Assembly (NCBI RefSeq): GCF_030028105.1
Contig: NC_092391.1
Location: forward strand, 8,591,223 to 8,655,222
Length of the DNA: 64,000 nucleotides
Direction of reading: 5' to 3'
Source of the DNA: Mobula birostris
Lineage: Eukaryota
Below the pieces are notes generated by a model, which searched no databases, was not told the origin of the DNA, and saw only the letters and a program-made list of their open reading frames with translations. A program made the translations under genes and the position numbers. Below, piece by piece: positions 12,301-26,630 of this stretch (its first letter is position 1; every line of letters starts with the position of its first letter).

Positions 12301-12951
12301 GCCCCTAATAAAAAAATGCTAATCCAAACAATTCTTAATACTAGCAATGGAACCTTAAATTGTGCGTCAGTTATTCTGCAGATGATTCATATTTTGTTTA
12401 TGATATGTTCTTAAAGCTGATGATCAATAGTGATTCACTGCTTTTGAGGAGTTACATATTATTCATAGGAAATTTAACATTTTGTGCAGATTGGCTGTTC
12501 GAGTGTCAACAGACTGTGAGGCAATGATAGTCACTATAGAAATGATTCTGTATACCTAGTGGATATGAAGAATAGTTACATTTTGTTGTAAAATACATAA
12601 ATAATTAAATAGTGACTCATCCCGCTGCATTGGACTCCTGTACTAAAGCACATGTTTTAGAATTCTCTTCCCAGGAGGACTGTGGAGGCTCAGTCACTGA
12701 GAGTATGGAGATCAATAAAGTTTTAGCTATTAAGGAAATCAGGATTAGAGGAAGTGCCACTGAGGTAAAAATAAATTAGTCATGACCCTGGTGAATGACA
12801 CAGCTTCCAGAGGGGCTGAATGTCCACCCCTGCCCCCCCCCATAAAGAACTGTAAAGTAAATTGAACCATTTTATTTCCTTTCACTTATTCCGTTTCACA
12901 ATGTCAGAGTGGCAGTTAGTGTAATAAGACCATAAGATATAGGGACAGAAT

Positions 12952-14982
12952 TCAGAATCAGAATCAGGTTTATTATCACCAGCAAGTGACGTGAAATTTA
13001 TTAACATAGCAGCAGCAGCTGTTCAATGCAATACATAATCTAGCAGAGAGACAGAGAGAGAGAAATAATAATAAACAAAATAAAACATAATAATAAATAA
13101 ACAGGTAAATCAATTACATATATTGAATAGATTATTTAAAATGTACAAAAACAGAAATACTGTGTATTAAAAAAAGGTGAGGTAGTGTCCAAAGCTTCAA
13201 AGTCCATTTAGGAATCGGATGGCAGAGGGGAAGAAGCTGTTCCTGAATAGCTGAGTGTGTGCCTTCAGGCTTCTGTACCTCTTAACTGATGGTAGCAGTG
13301 AGAAAAGAGCATGCCCTGGGTGCTGGAGGTCTTTAATAATGGACGCTGCCTTTCTGAGACTCCGCTCCCTAAAGATGTCCTGGGTACTTTGTAGGCTAGT
13401 ACCCAAGATGGAGCTGACTAACTTTACAACCCTCTGCAGCTTCTTTCGGTCCTGTGCAGTAGCCCCTCTATACCAGACAGTGATGCAGCCTGTCAGAATG
13501 CTCTCCACGGTACAACTATAGAAGCTTTTGAGTGTATTTGTCGACATGCCAAATCTCTTCAAACTCCTAATGAAGTATAGTTGCTGTCTTGCCTTCTTCA
13601 TAACTACATCAATATGTTGGGACCAGGTTAGATCCCCAGAGATCTTGACACTCAGGAACTTGAAGCTGCTCACTCTCTCCACTTCTGATCCCTCTATGAG
13701 GATTGGTATGTGTTTCTTCATCTTACCCTTCCTGAAGTCCACAATCAACTCTTTCATCTTACTGACGTTGAGTGCCAGGTTGTTGCTGCGGCACCACTCC
13801 ACTAGTTGGCATATCTCACTCCTGTACACCCTCTTGTCACCACCTGAGATTCTACCAACAATGGTTGTATCGTCAGCAAATTTGTAGATGGTGCTTGAAC
13901 TGTGCCTAGCCACACAGTCATGTGTATATAGAGAGTAGAGCAGTGGGCTAAGCACACACCCCTGAGGTGCGCCAGTGTTAATCGTCATCGAAGAGGATAT
14001 ATTATCACCAATCCGTACAGACTGTGGTCTTCCGATTAGGAAGTCGAGGATCCAATTATAGAAGGAGGTACAGAGGCCCAGGTTCTGCAACTTCTCATTC
14101 AGGATTGTGGGAATGATGATATTAAATGCTGAGCTATAATTGATGCATAGCATCCTGACGTAGGTGTTTGTGTTGTCTAGGAGGTCTAAAGCCGTGTGAA
14201 GAGCCATGGAGATTGCGTCTGCCATTACCTATTGTGACGATAGGCAAACTGCAATGGGTCCAGGTCCTTGCTGAGGCAGGAGTTCGGTCTAGTCATAACC
14301 AACCTCTCTGTCATCACTGTCGATGTGAGTACTACTGGGTGATAGTCATTAAGGCAGCCCACATTATTCTCCCTTGGGACTGGTATAATTGTTCCCTTTT
14401 TGAAACAAGTGGGAACTTCTGCCCGTAGCAGTGGGAGATTGGTTGGCACAGGTTTTCAGAGCCTTACCAAGTTCTCTGTCAGGACCTTCTGCCTTCCAAG
14501 GGTTCACTCTCTATAAAGACAGTCCAACATTGGCCTCTGAGACAGAGATCACAGGGTCATCAGATGCAGCAGGGATCTTCACAGCTGTAGTTGCATTCTC
14601 CCTTTCAAAGTGTGCATCGAAGGCGTTGAGTTCATCTGGTCATGAAGCATCGCTGCCATTCATACTATTGGGTTTCGCTTTGTAGGAAGTAGTGTCTTGC
14701 AGTCACTGCCAGAGTTGCCGTGCATCTGATATTGCCTCCAACCTCGTTCGAAATTGTCCCTTCGCCCTTGAAAGAGCCCTCCCCAAATCATACTTGGTTT
14801 TCTGGTACAATCCTAGGTCGCCAGACTTGAATGCCCCAGATCTAGCCTACAGCAGACGACGAATCTCCTGGTTCATCCACGGCCTTTGGTTTCGGAATGT
14901 ACAGTAAGTCCCTGTAGGCACACACACATACACACAGGTTTTAATGAAGTTGGTAACAACTCCAGCATACTCATCCAGATTC
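12952..14982 (-). mobile_element. 5'-truncated Rex1/Babar LINE; RT ORF 13197-14225 (342 aa) with broken upstream frames
   Basis: RT motifs [24 protein letters not shown] and FKFL. 3' AATAAACCTG(ATTCTG)n tail. Inserted inside a CR1 3' fragment. Confidence 0.92.
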
Positions 14983-15652
14983 AAAGATGAATACCATTTG
15001 GCCCATTGAGTGCTCCGCCATTTCATCATGGCTGATCCAATTTCCCTCTCAGCCCCATTATCCTGCCTTCTCCCTGTATCCCTTTGTGCCCTGACCAATC
15101 AACAATATTTATAGTGGCGGCAATGGGGTTCAATTCCTGCCTGTAAGGAGTTTGTATGTCCTCTCTGTGACCACGTGGGTTTCCTCCCATATTCCAAAGA
15201 CGTATGGGTAAGTTGTAAGCGTGAAACGTTGGCTCGGTTGCACATTGCATTTTCTTTTTCTCAAATATTCCTAATGAAAAAAGCAAGAGTTTTCTTCTCT
15301 GATTATGCACATGTCAAAATCCGGTTTCCTAAGATAAGGCAAAATAAATACAAGAATTGGAAAAACATACTATAGCTGTACCACATATTGGTGAGAGTGC
15401 ACCTATAGAATATTGTGTGCCGTTCCGGTCACTACATGTAGGGAGGATGTGTTTACCCTGGACAGAGTGCAGGAAAGAACCACAGGGACATTGCCAAGAC
15501 TGGAGGCTTGAGTTGTAAAGAGGGACTAGATAGGCTGGGATTGTTTTCCCTGCGGAGAAGGAGACAAAGAGGTGGGTTACAAAACCATGAGGGGCACAGA
15601 TAAATTGGATTGTCACAGTCTTTGTCCCTGGGTTAGGGAGTCTAAACTTATC

Positions 15653-15946
15653 CAGGGTGGCATGGTAGCATAGTGGTTAGCACAACACTTTACTGTACTA
15701 GTAACCTGGGTTCAGTTCCCGCTACTGTCCGTAAGGAGTTTGTACGTTCTCCCCGTGACGACTTGGGTTTCCTCTGGGTGCTCTGGTTTCCTGCCGCAGT
15801 CTAAAGACATACTGATTGGTAGGTTAATTGGTCATTGTAAATTGTCCTGTGATTAGACCAGGGGTTAAATCAGGGGTTGCTGGGTGGTGTAGCTCAAAGG
15901 ACCAGAGGGCCTATTCTGTGCTGTATCTCAATAAATAAAAAATAAA
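15653..15946 (+). mobile_element. Full-length HE1/V-type tRNA-derived SINE inside a CR1 fragment
   Basis: A box TAGCATAGTGG, B box GGTTCAGTTCC, V-like core, CR1-like 3' end and (AATA)n tail. Confidence 0.85.
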
Positions 15947-17499
15947 CTAAGTTTAAGGTGAAAGGAGAAAAATTTAAAGGGGACCTGAGAGGCAAGCTTT
16001 TCACTTGGAAAACTTGTATATGAAGTGTGCTGCTTGAGGTGGGTAACTTCTAAAAGATATTTGGACAGGTACATGGCCAGAAATGGTTTAAAGGAACACA
16101 CAGGCAACAGAACTCTGAAGGCACCTTGGCTTGATGGACTGGTGGAACTGAAGGACTGGGTTCTGTGCTCTGCAACATTATGACTTTTCAGAATAAATAT
16201 ATGTCCATTTTAGGATCTCATCAGCAACATCGCTGTTTCTTTTAAGAACAAAGATTCGGTTAATCATTCTCTGGTTTGCATACTTAGGAAAGCCGGGTTG
16301 CTTTTGTGGCCAAGTAAAACTTTTGTATGACATGACATTATAAATACAATGATGATAATATATAAGAGTAAAATTTTGATGTATACATTTATATTTAGAG
16401 GTTCACATGATTCTATATCCTTGTATTTTGGATAATTGGTAGGTAGTGTGCAGTATTGTTCCTTATCCATTGAAACTATAGTGCTATAATTATCATTAAT
16501 ATATGCTATTAAAACATTTCTTAATGATCAAGTTGATAACAAAACACAAATTACATTGTTTCAGCTTTTAACTTCTGCAATATAGCTCAATTATTCTTTT
16601 GCTTTTTCAGTGCATGACTGCAGAATAGGTCACAGAAAAAAGTATTTCTCAGAAACAGTATCAGGTTTATTATCACTGACGTATGTTGTGAATTTTTTTG
16701 GCAGCAGTTCAGTGCAAGACTATGTGTTAAGATAATGAATGAATAAGTAAATAGTGTGAAAGACAAATAATGAGTTGGTGTTTGTGGTTTCATGGACCAT
16801 TCAGAAATCTGATGGTCTTCTATTCCTCCTCCCTGATGGGAGCATTGAGAAGCATGTCCTGGGTGGTGAGTGTTCTTATTGCTGGATGTCACCTTATTCA
16901 GGCACTGCCTTGTGAAGATCCACCATGGGGAAAGTTTTGAGTCTAGAAGCCTCTTTCAATCCTGTGCATTGGAGCCTCCATGCTAGGTGGTGATGCAACC
17001 AGCCAGAATGCTCTCTATTGCACATCGATCGAAATTTGCTAGAGTATTTGCTGACGTACCAAATCTCCTGTAGTATAGCTGCTGGCAAGTCTTCTTCATG
17101 AAGGCATTAATGTGTTACCTGAGTTATCTTATGACCACAAGAACAAAGAACTTAGGAGCACAATTAGGCCATTTGGCCCCTCAAGTCTGTACCTCCATTC
17201 CATCATGGCTAATTTATTTTCCTTCTCAACCCTATTCTCTTGCCTTCTCCCTGAAACCTTTGATACCCTGACTAATCAGGAACATATAAACCTTTGCTTT
17301 AAATCTATACAATGACTTGCGTCCACAGGCACCTGAGGCCAGGAATGCCACAGATTCATCACCCTCTGGCTAAAGAAATTTTTCCTCACCTTATTCGGAA
17401 GATGTGCCCTCTAGTCCTAGACCCTGTACTATTGGAAACACCCTCTCCACATCTAATCTGTCTAGACCTTTCAATATTTGATAAGTTCCAATGGGATCC

Positions 17500-20400
17500 A
17501 TATAACCATATAACAATTACAGCAGGGAAACAGGCCATCTGAGCCCTTCTAGTCTGTGCCGAACTCTTACTCTCACCTAGTCCCACCGATCTGCACTCAG
17601 CCCATAACCCTCCATTCCTTTCCTGTCTATATAGCTGTCCAATTTAACTTTAAATGACAACATAGGACCTGCCTCAACTACTTCTGCTGGAAGCTCATTC
17701 CACACAGCTACCACTCTCTGAGTAAAGAAGTTCCCCCTCACGTTACCCCTAAACTTTTGCTCTTTAACTCTCAACTCATGTCCTCTTGTTTGAATCTCCC
17801 CCACTCTCGATGGAAAAAGCCTATCCACATCAACTCTATCTATCTCCCTCAATCTTCTACGCTCCAAAGAATAAAGATCCAACTTGTTCAACCTTTCTCT
17901 ATAACTTAGGAGATGAAACCCAGGCAACATTCTAGTAAATCTCCTCTGTACTCTCTCAATTTTGTTGACATCTTTCCTATAATTCGGTGACCAGAACTGT
18001 ATACAATACTCCAAATTTGGCCTTACCAATGCCTTATACAATTTCAACGTTCCATCCCAACTCCTATACTCAATGCTCTAATAAAGGCCAGCATACCAAA
18101 AGCTTTCTTCACCACCCTATCCACGTGAGATTCCACCTTCAGGGAACTATGCACCATTATTCCTAGATCCCTCTGTTCTACTGCATTCTTCAATGCCCTA
18201 CCATTTACCATGTATGTCCTATTTTGATTAGTCCTACCAAAATGTAGCACCTCACATTTATCAGCATTAAACTCCATCTGCTATCTTTCAGCCCACTCTT
18301 CTAATTGGCCTAAATCTCTCTACAAGCTTTGAAAACCTACTTCATTATCCACAACTCCACCTATCTTAGTGTCATCTGCATACTTACTAATCCAATTTAC
18401 CACCCCATCATCCAGATCATTAATATATATGACAACAACAATATTGGACCCAGTACAGATCCCTGAGGCACACCACTAGACACCGGCCTCCAGTCTGACA
18501 AACAGTTACCCACCACTACTCTCTGGCGTCTCCCATCCAGCCACTGCTGAATCCATTTCACTACATCAATATTAATACCTAACGATTGAACCTTCCTAAC
18601 TAACCTTCCGTGTAGAGCCTTGTCAAAGGCCTTACTGAAGTCCATACAGACAACATCCACTGCTTTACCCTCGTCAACTTTCCTAGTAACCTCTTCAAAA
18701 AATTCAACAAGATTTGTCAAACATGACCTTCCACGCACAAATCCATGTTGACTATTCCTAATCAGACCCTGTCTATCCAGATAATTATATATACCATCTC
18801 TAAGAATACTTTCCATCAATTTACCCACCACTGACATCAAACTCACAGGTCAATAATTGCTAGGTTTTCTCTTAGAACCCTTTTTAATCAATGGAACAAC
18901 ATGAGCAATACGCCAATCCTTCGGCACCATCCCCGTTTCTAATGACATTTGAAATATTTCTGTCAGAGCCCCTGCTATTTCTACACTAACTTCCCTCAAG
19001 GTCCTGGGGAATATCCTGTCAGGACCCGGAGAATTATCCACTTTTATATTCCTTAGAAGCGCCAGTACTTCCTCTTCTTTAATCATCATACTTTCCATAA
19101 CTACCCTTCTTGTTTCCCTTACCTTACACAATTCAACATCCTTCTCCTTAATGAATACCGAAGAAAAGAAATTGTTCAAAATCTCCCCCATCTCTTTTGG
19201 CTCTGCACAAAGCCACCCACTCTGATTCTCTAAGGGACCAATTTTATCCTTCACTATCCTTTTGCTATTAATATAACTGTAGAAACCCTTTGGATTTATT
19301 TTCACCTTACTTGCCAAAGCAACCTCATATCTTCTTTTAGCTTTTCTAATTTCTTTCTTAAGATTCTTTTTACATTCCTTATATTCCTCGAGCACCTCAT
19401 TTACTCTAAGCTGCCTATATTTACTGTAGATCCCTCTCTTTTTCCGAACCAAGTTTCTAATATCCCTTGAAAATCATGGCTCTCTAAAACTTTTAACCTT
19501 TCCTTTCAACCTAACAGGAACATAAAGATCCTGTACCCTCAAAATTTCACCTTTAAATGACCTCCATTTCTCTGTTACATCCTTCCCATAAAATAAATTG
19601 TCCCAATCCACTCCTTCTGAATCCTTTTGCATCTCCTCAAATTTAGCCTTACTCCAATCAAAGATCTCAACCCTGGGTCCAGTCCAATCCTTCTCCATAA
19701 TTTTATTGAAACTAATGGCATTGTGATCACTGGATCCGAAGTGCTCCCCAACACATACCCCCGTCACCTGCCCTATCTCATTCCCTAACAGGAGATCCAA
19801 CAATGCCCCCTCTCTAGTTGGTACCTCTATGCATTGCTGCAAAAAACTATCTTGCACACATTTTATAAACTCCAAACCATCCAGCCCTTTTACAGAATGG
19901 GCTTCCCAGTCTATGTGTGGAAAATTAAAATCTCCCATAATCACAACCATGTGCTTACTACAAGTATCTGCTATCTCCTTACAAATTTGCTCCTCCAATT
20001 CTCACTCCCCATTAGGTGGTCTATAATACACCCCTAGAGGCGTGACTACACCTTTCCCATTCCTCAATTGCACCCAAATAGCCTCCCTAGACGAGTCCTC
20101 TAATCTATCCTGCCAAAGCACTGCTGTTATATTTTCTCTGACAAGCAATGCAACACCTCCCCCTCTTGCCCCTCTGATTCTATCACACCTGAAGCAACGA
20201 AATCCAGGAATATTTATTTGCCAATCACACCCCTCCTGCATGTTTCGCTAATGGCTACATCATATTTCCAGGTATCAATCCATGCTCTAAGCTCATCCAC
20301 CTTTCTTACAATGCTCCTAGCATTAAAATAGATGCATTTAAGAAACTCTCCACCTCTTACTCTCTGTTAATCCCTAATGGTGCAAACAACTTTGTTATAT

Positions 20401-21609
20401 TTTTCTTCCTTCTCCCCTACATCTTCGGTCTGAGTGCTCCCGTTCTCTGTCCCGCCTATCCTCCCCCACATACTGTCTACTAGCTTTCTCTATCTTCAAT
20501 CTGATTTCCACCCTGCAACTATTCTAGTTTAAAGTCTCCTCAGTAGCCTTTGCAAATCTCCCTGCCAGGATATTGGTCCCCCTTGGATTCAAGTGCAACC
20601 CATCCTTTTTGTACAGGTCACACCTGCGCCAAAAGAGGTCCCAATGATCTTAAAAACTTGAATCCCTCAGCCACGCATTTATCCTCCACCTCATTCCATT
20701 CCTACTCTCACTGTCGCGTGGCACAGGCAGTAATCCCGAGATTACTACCTTTGCGGTCCTTCTTCTCAACTCCATTCCTAACTCCCTATATTCTCCTTTC
20801 AGGACCTCTTCCCTTTTCCTACCCATGTCATTGGTACCTATATGTACCACAACCTCTGGCTCCTCACCCTCCCACTTCAGGATATCTTGGACGCGATCAG
20901 AAACATCCCGGACCCTGGCACCAGGGAGGCAAACTACCATCCGGGTCTCCTGACTGCATCCACAGAATTGCCTATCTGAGCCCCTAACTATCGAGTCCCC
21001 TATTACTACTGCCGTCCTCTTCCTTTCCCCACCCTTCTGAGCTACAGGGCCGGACTCTGTGCCGGAGGCATGGCCACTGTTGCTTCCCCCAGGTAAGCTG
21101 TCCCCCCCAACAGTAGTCAAACAGGAGTACTTATTGTCAAGGGGCACAGCCACAGGGGTACTCTCTAGTATCTGATACTTCCCCTTCCCCCTCCTAACCG
21201 TGACCCACTTGTCTGCCTCCCGTGGCCCTGGTGTGACCACCTACCTGTAACTCCTCTCTATCAACTCCTCACTCTCCCTGACCAGACGAAGGTCATCAGG
21301 CTGCAGCTCCAATTCCCTAACACGGTCCCTTAGGAGCTGCAGCTCGGCACACCTGGTGCAGATATGGACATCTGGGAGACTGGGAGACTCCAGGACCTCC
21401 CACATCCGACACCGAGAACAACAAGCTGCCCTCATACTCATACCTCCCCCTTTCCTCAAATAACAGGAAAAATTGAAAACCAAACCTACTTCGCCTCGCC
21501 CGTTGAGCCAAAGCCCTTAGGCCTTCAGTAATCTTCCGTGATTCACTGCCTGATGTCACACACCTGCGCAGTCCTGCCTCTCTTAACTCCGATGAGAAAA
21601 ACAAAAATC
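17500..21609 (-). mobile_element. Near full-length CR1 (HER1-like) LINE, inactivated
   Basis: 5' UTR ~21445-21609. ORF1 ~20650-21441 has a Cys motif, coiled coil and SGNH esterase (VIGDSIVR, HIGTND) with a premature stop at 21241. ORF2 pieces: AP endonuclease (GVYYRPP, MGDFNFP, SDHN) at 19474-20241 and RT (QHGF..GRSCLTNL, DFSKAFD, GVPQGSVLGP) at 17577-19452. (TAACCATA)n tail. It splits an older CR1 (17130-17499 / 21610-21770). Confidence 0.95.
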
Positions 21610-21880
21610 TTCCCCCCATTCTTTTAAACTCCAGTGAGTACAGACCCAGAGCAATCAAATACTCCTCATATGTTAACTCTTTCATTCCCAGAATCATTCT
21701 CATGAAGCTCTTCTTTATCCTCTCCAATGTCAGCACATCTTTTCTTAGATAAGGGGCCCAAACTGGTCACCGAATAATGTTAATTATCAAATTTAGTATC
21801 AAATGCTAGTCAAATCTGATAATCCTACAACCTACTGGTTAAATACTATCACAGTGTATGTATTAATACTTACTCCAAAG

Positions 21881-21944
21881 CAGGGGCTCCCAACCTTTTT
21901 ATGCCATGGAGCCTACCATTAACTTAGGGGTCTGGGGGCCCTTG
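21881..21944. mobile_element. 64-bp hAT-Charlie-type MITE
   Basis: Ends CAGGGGCTCCCA and TGGGGGCCCTTG. Imperfect 8-bp TSD CTCCAAAG / CTCTGAAG. Confidence 0.7.
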
Positions 21945-23119
21945 CTCTGAAGTAAATATTGTCATAATAGAGGCTAACCAAGTTCCACTTATAGAGGAAT
22001 TGAACTTGCAGATCTGGATGGGCAACTCTGCACTTACAGGATTGTGATCAAGTGCCAATATTAGAGTGAAAGTGGTATTTCCTCATTATTGTTCTTATCA
22101 TAATGACAGCATTGACTTTCAACCAAACTGCTTATCCCGTTTATATAATTAAAAACATGCAAGGTGTGGTAGTTACAGACTAAAGTGCTGGTGAATGGGA
22201 TTAGTAGAGATTAGTATTTCACGGTCAGCAGAGACACTAATAGGCCTGTTTCTGTGCCGTGTGACACCAAAACATTAAAACACCACAGAAGATTTCTTTC
22301 TCTCCCGGTTATTGGCAAGTTTTCTCAATTTTAGTGTGGATAATGCATGTTGTTTAAAATTGAGCTCAATTAATTATGAAGTTGCATTTTATTTTGTAAC
22401 TAATGTATTTGTATGTGTTTGCTGTTGTCATCATGTGTTCCAAGAAGTGTGATCAAATCCAAAAATGACCCACATGTTGGGAGCATTTCTAAAGGCAATT
22501 CAGGAAGCTGAAGCCAGAACTCAATACGCATTCGAATTTTCATGTCAAATATTCAAACTCTTTGATAATTTTAGGCCATGACAAAGAGATGTTATATTTC
22601 TCTGATATGATGTCAGGATTTTTACAATACCTTTTATTCGAGTACCAAGCTTACCTGTTGAATGCTGTCATTCTGCTCAGGATTACAATCTTCTTCTCAT
22701 CAGTATTAGGGAGGAGGTGCAGAAGCCTGAAGTCCACACTGAACAATTCAGAAACAACTTCTCCCCCTCTCCCATCAGATTTTCAAATGATCTATGAAAC
22801 CAGGAACACCACCTCATTATTCCTTCTTTTGCACTCTATTTATTCTCTAATTTATAGAACTTTGTCTTTACTCTGTCCTGTCGTTGTAAAACAACAAATT
22901 TCACGTCATGTAGGACAGTAGTAAACCTGACAGTAATATACCATTTCAAGGCCAATGGACGTTATAAAAAAAAGCCTTGAAAGGTTTTCTTTATAGTTTT
23001 TTCCATCCCAAAGGAATTTCAGACAAAGTACATCTGAATTGAATCATTGTGAAACGCACACCATCCATTTTTTGTACAAATGGTTCTCACAAGCACTACT
23101 AAAATAGATTTTGTGGTCC

Positions 23120-23625
23120 TGAAGACATAGGAACAAAATTTGGCCATTCAGCCTATTGATTCAGCTCTGCCACTCCATGTAGCTGATATATTATCCCCCC
23201 AACCCCATTCTCCTGCATTTTCCCCATAGCCTTCGACACTCTTATTAATCAACAACCTATCAAGCTCCACTTTAAATATACCCACACACCTAGTCTCCAC
23301 AGCTATCCGTGGCAATGAATTCCATAACATTACCACCCTCTAGCTAAAGAAATTCCATATCGCTGATCTAAAAGATGTCCTTGTATTCTGAGGCTTTGCC
23401 CTCTGGTCCTAGACTCCAGCACTATAGGAAACATCCTCATGTCCACTCTATATTAAATATCTTCAATGTTTTATAGTTTTCAATGAGATTCCCCCATCAT
23501 CCTTCTGAACTCCAGCATGTACAGGTCCAGAACCATCAAACACTCCTCATATGTTAACTCTTTCATTCCTTGGTCATTCTTGTGAACCTCCTGAGGACTC
23601 TCTCCAATAGCAGCACATCCTTCCA
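23120..23625 (-). mobile_element. CR1 3' fragment
   Basis: ORF 23148-23336 (LWNSLPRIAVE..FKVELDRLLI) is the CR1 ORF2 C-terminus. Confidence 0.85.
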
Positions 23626-26207
23626 TTAACATTTAAGGGAGGTGAATGCTGGCCAATATGCTGAGACTAACTCCACCTTGTGGTGCTGTATTTGCCTGTG
23701 AGAACACTCAGGTTTTTGGTCCCACTCAAAAGATGACACTTTCAATTGTACAACACTACATCTGCTGAGCTAAGATGTCAGCCAAGCATTTGTATACATC
23801 TCTGGAATGGCAGCTTATTTCATAACATTCTGAACTCAGCATTCTGAAACCTACAGAGACAGTGCTACTAACTGAACCTTATCTGACATAGATTAATGAT
23901 CTCACATTTGATCAAAGGTCAATTGAAAAATTTAAAAAAATAAACAAACATTATGCCAAGCAAGTGTTTTATTAACAAGTTACTTGAAGCAGCATTTTCT
24001 CTTCGGCAAACATCTAGGCTGTAAGAAGTGTTGGTAATTTATTTCCAAAATAATAATCCAAAAATATGCCTACCATCTTTTGAAGTGGATAGGACAGCAT
24101 GATTAGCAACCAAATTTAAGGCTTGTGACAGACAAGATTACAATTTTCAGTTCAAAGTAGAACCAGATCTTCAAATGATCAGGTAGTATTTGTTAAAAGG
24201 AGTTAGTTTTGTGAGAAAGCTCAACGTGTAATAAAATTCTTGTTGCTATATTAAATGAACCAGTAAATGTGGCTACAGATGTCTTGCTTAGAAGACGTGT
24301 AAAAGGCAACAATTAATGTTATGTAACTCTTAACACATTAAAATTAAATTGTATATTTACTCACTAGTTTAATTGAGATCATAGGATTATAATATATAGA
24401 TTTAAGTGAAACGAATTTTTACTCTCAGCCTCAAGAAAATTTGATTCCGTTTGATGGTGCATGCATGTAAATTAGTTTATCTGTTCCCCATACATGATCT
24501 GCATATCCAATTAGTAATGGAGACCTTTTGTTTGATTATCATACAATAAGTACACACCAAGTGCCACTCACACAATGTTAGCCAGGGGTACAGTGGATTA
24601 TGGAGGACAAAGTTCTATTACATGCTGCTTCATTCTGTGTGGGTGGAACTATATTCTGTACCTGGGAATATACAAACATCTCTAGATCCCTTAAGGCCAT
24701 AATAGATACAAATTTTCTACCCCCTTTTAACTGTACCCTGAAGCAAACTAAACATTAATTTCTTCTCCAAAATGAATTTATGAAGTGATCAGTGGAATTT
24801 TCATTATAAACATTAAAAACTATCAAAAGACTGATTATAGTATTATTATATATTAACTTTTATTATATCTGCCTAGATAAACAGAATAGCAGAATAATGG
24901 AAGAGTGAGGTATATCCAAGCTTGAAGGCAAGGGGTATGGACTTCCTGCTGGCTGGACTAATATGGGAGCAAGGAGAATGTTAACAGGTATGATTCCATC
25001 ATATGCCAAAAGGAAGTGCTCTTATGCAGTATAGTTCTGGAATAGTGGAGGAGGCAGACTGTGGTACTTGAATCTACTTTCAGCACATAAATTATTTACA
25101 TTAGAGGAAGGTTTTGGCTTGGGTTTCACCTAGGGAAAATAAGACAAGGTGGGAAGTTGGTGAGATTTATTGAGCTTTGCAACAGAGTATTAAAGTCTAG
25201 TAATGTAAAGCTGTTATGTCATGGCTCCAAACTTCCAGTTTGTTCGGGTCACAAAGGAATGTTACTTGTTACAGCTACGATTGCTGCTTTTGTATTAGTT
25301 AACTTTAAACTGGAAGAACTTTCAATGACTGTTGGGTTGGGAACAAAATGAATCAGTGCCTTAAAAAGGGAAGTGGTAGGCATTTGGCAGAGGATTTGCA
25401 GGTTGTTGAGGAAAAGGGACTGATACAGCTGCTGTTCTAAAGGGCCAAACAGCTTCAACATCCTGGGTTTGATCCTGTTTTGGGACTAAAATGCACATTC
25501 TCACTCTGACTGTATGGATTTCCTCCACCTCCTCTGGCTTCCCCTAACATTCTGAAGACATGATTGTAGGTTGGCCAGACCATGTCTGGGTGACTGGAGT
25601 ATCGGGGATTATTAGACAAGGGAAATCAGTTGCAGGGAAATGGAGGACTGCTCTGGGGATCGGAATAGACTTGACTGATTAAAAGGCCCCCTCCTATGCA
25701 AGAACATGTATGGTTCAGGGGTTTATATGAGAGAAATTATTAAGTAAAAAGGGAAAATAATGAGCAATTTTCCAAAACTGAACTAGAGAGAGAGAGATCA
25801 GTGTTAGTGAACTAAAGCCAGGTTTGCTCAGTGTACAAAGATGGGCAATTTTAGCAAATTGAGAAGAGGGCACAAAAGTACCTTTAAAGAAGCTGTAAGC
25901 AAGACATCAGCAGATGGCAAATAATGAGGGAATAGTGAGGATACTCAGTTTGAAATAAGGAATAAAAAAGCCAATTATTATTTGAGGATATGATAAAGGG
26001 ATTTGGGCATCCTGGTCCATGAAACACAGAACTAATGTACCAGTAATTGGGAATGTCGTCCTTTGTTACATGGGCCATAGAGCAGAACAATAGGGAAATT
26101 TTAATGCAACCGTAAGGGGTTAATGAAACAGTATACAGCTTTAGTTATGGAAAGCTATATCTTTGATACATATAATGAAAAGACAGAGTGAATGCAGAAA
26201 GAGTATC

Positions 26208-26630
26208 AGGAACACAAGAGATTTTGCAGATGCTGAAAATCCAGAACAAAATGCTGGAGGAACTCAGGTCAGGTAGCATCTATGGAAATGAATAAACAGT
26301 CGACGTTTCAGGCCAAGACCCTTCATTAGGATTGGAAACAAAGGGGGGAAAATGCCAGAATAAGGGGGAGGGGGGGTTAAGAACTACAAGCTGGAATGTG
26401 ATAGGTGAAGCCAGGTGGGTGGGGGGGTGGAATGAAGTAAGAAGCAGGGAGGAGATAGGTGGAAAAGGTAAAGGGCTGAAGAAGGAACATGACAGAAGAG
26501 GTGAGTGGATATAAAGGAGGAGGAAGGGCACAGGGAGAGGTGATAGGTAGGTGAGAAGAGTAAGGGGCGGGGGGGGGGGGGAAGAGAAAGAGAAGCAGAG
26601 TGGGCAATAGAAAGAACGTGTCCACTGGTG
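26208..26630 (-). mobile_element. Penelope-like element 3' fragment
   Basis: Same terminus as 39735-41814. Hammerhead-like segment at 26297-26334 with a mutated CTAATGA core. Confidence 0.85.

Noticed and set aside
13255-13887. Plus-strand ORFs overlapping the Rex1 RT (likewise 38099-38503)
   Set aside because: Antisense shadows of LINE coding sequence.
15653-15730. tRNA-like A/B boxes (also 47975-48044)
   Set aside because: These are SINE heads followed by SINE bodies, with no complete cloverleaf.
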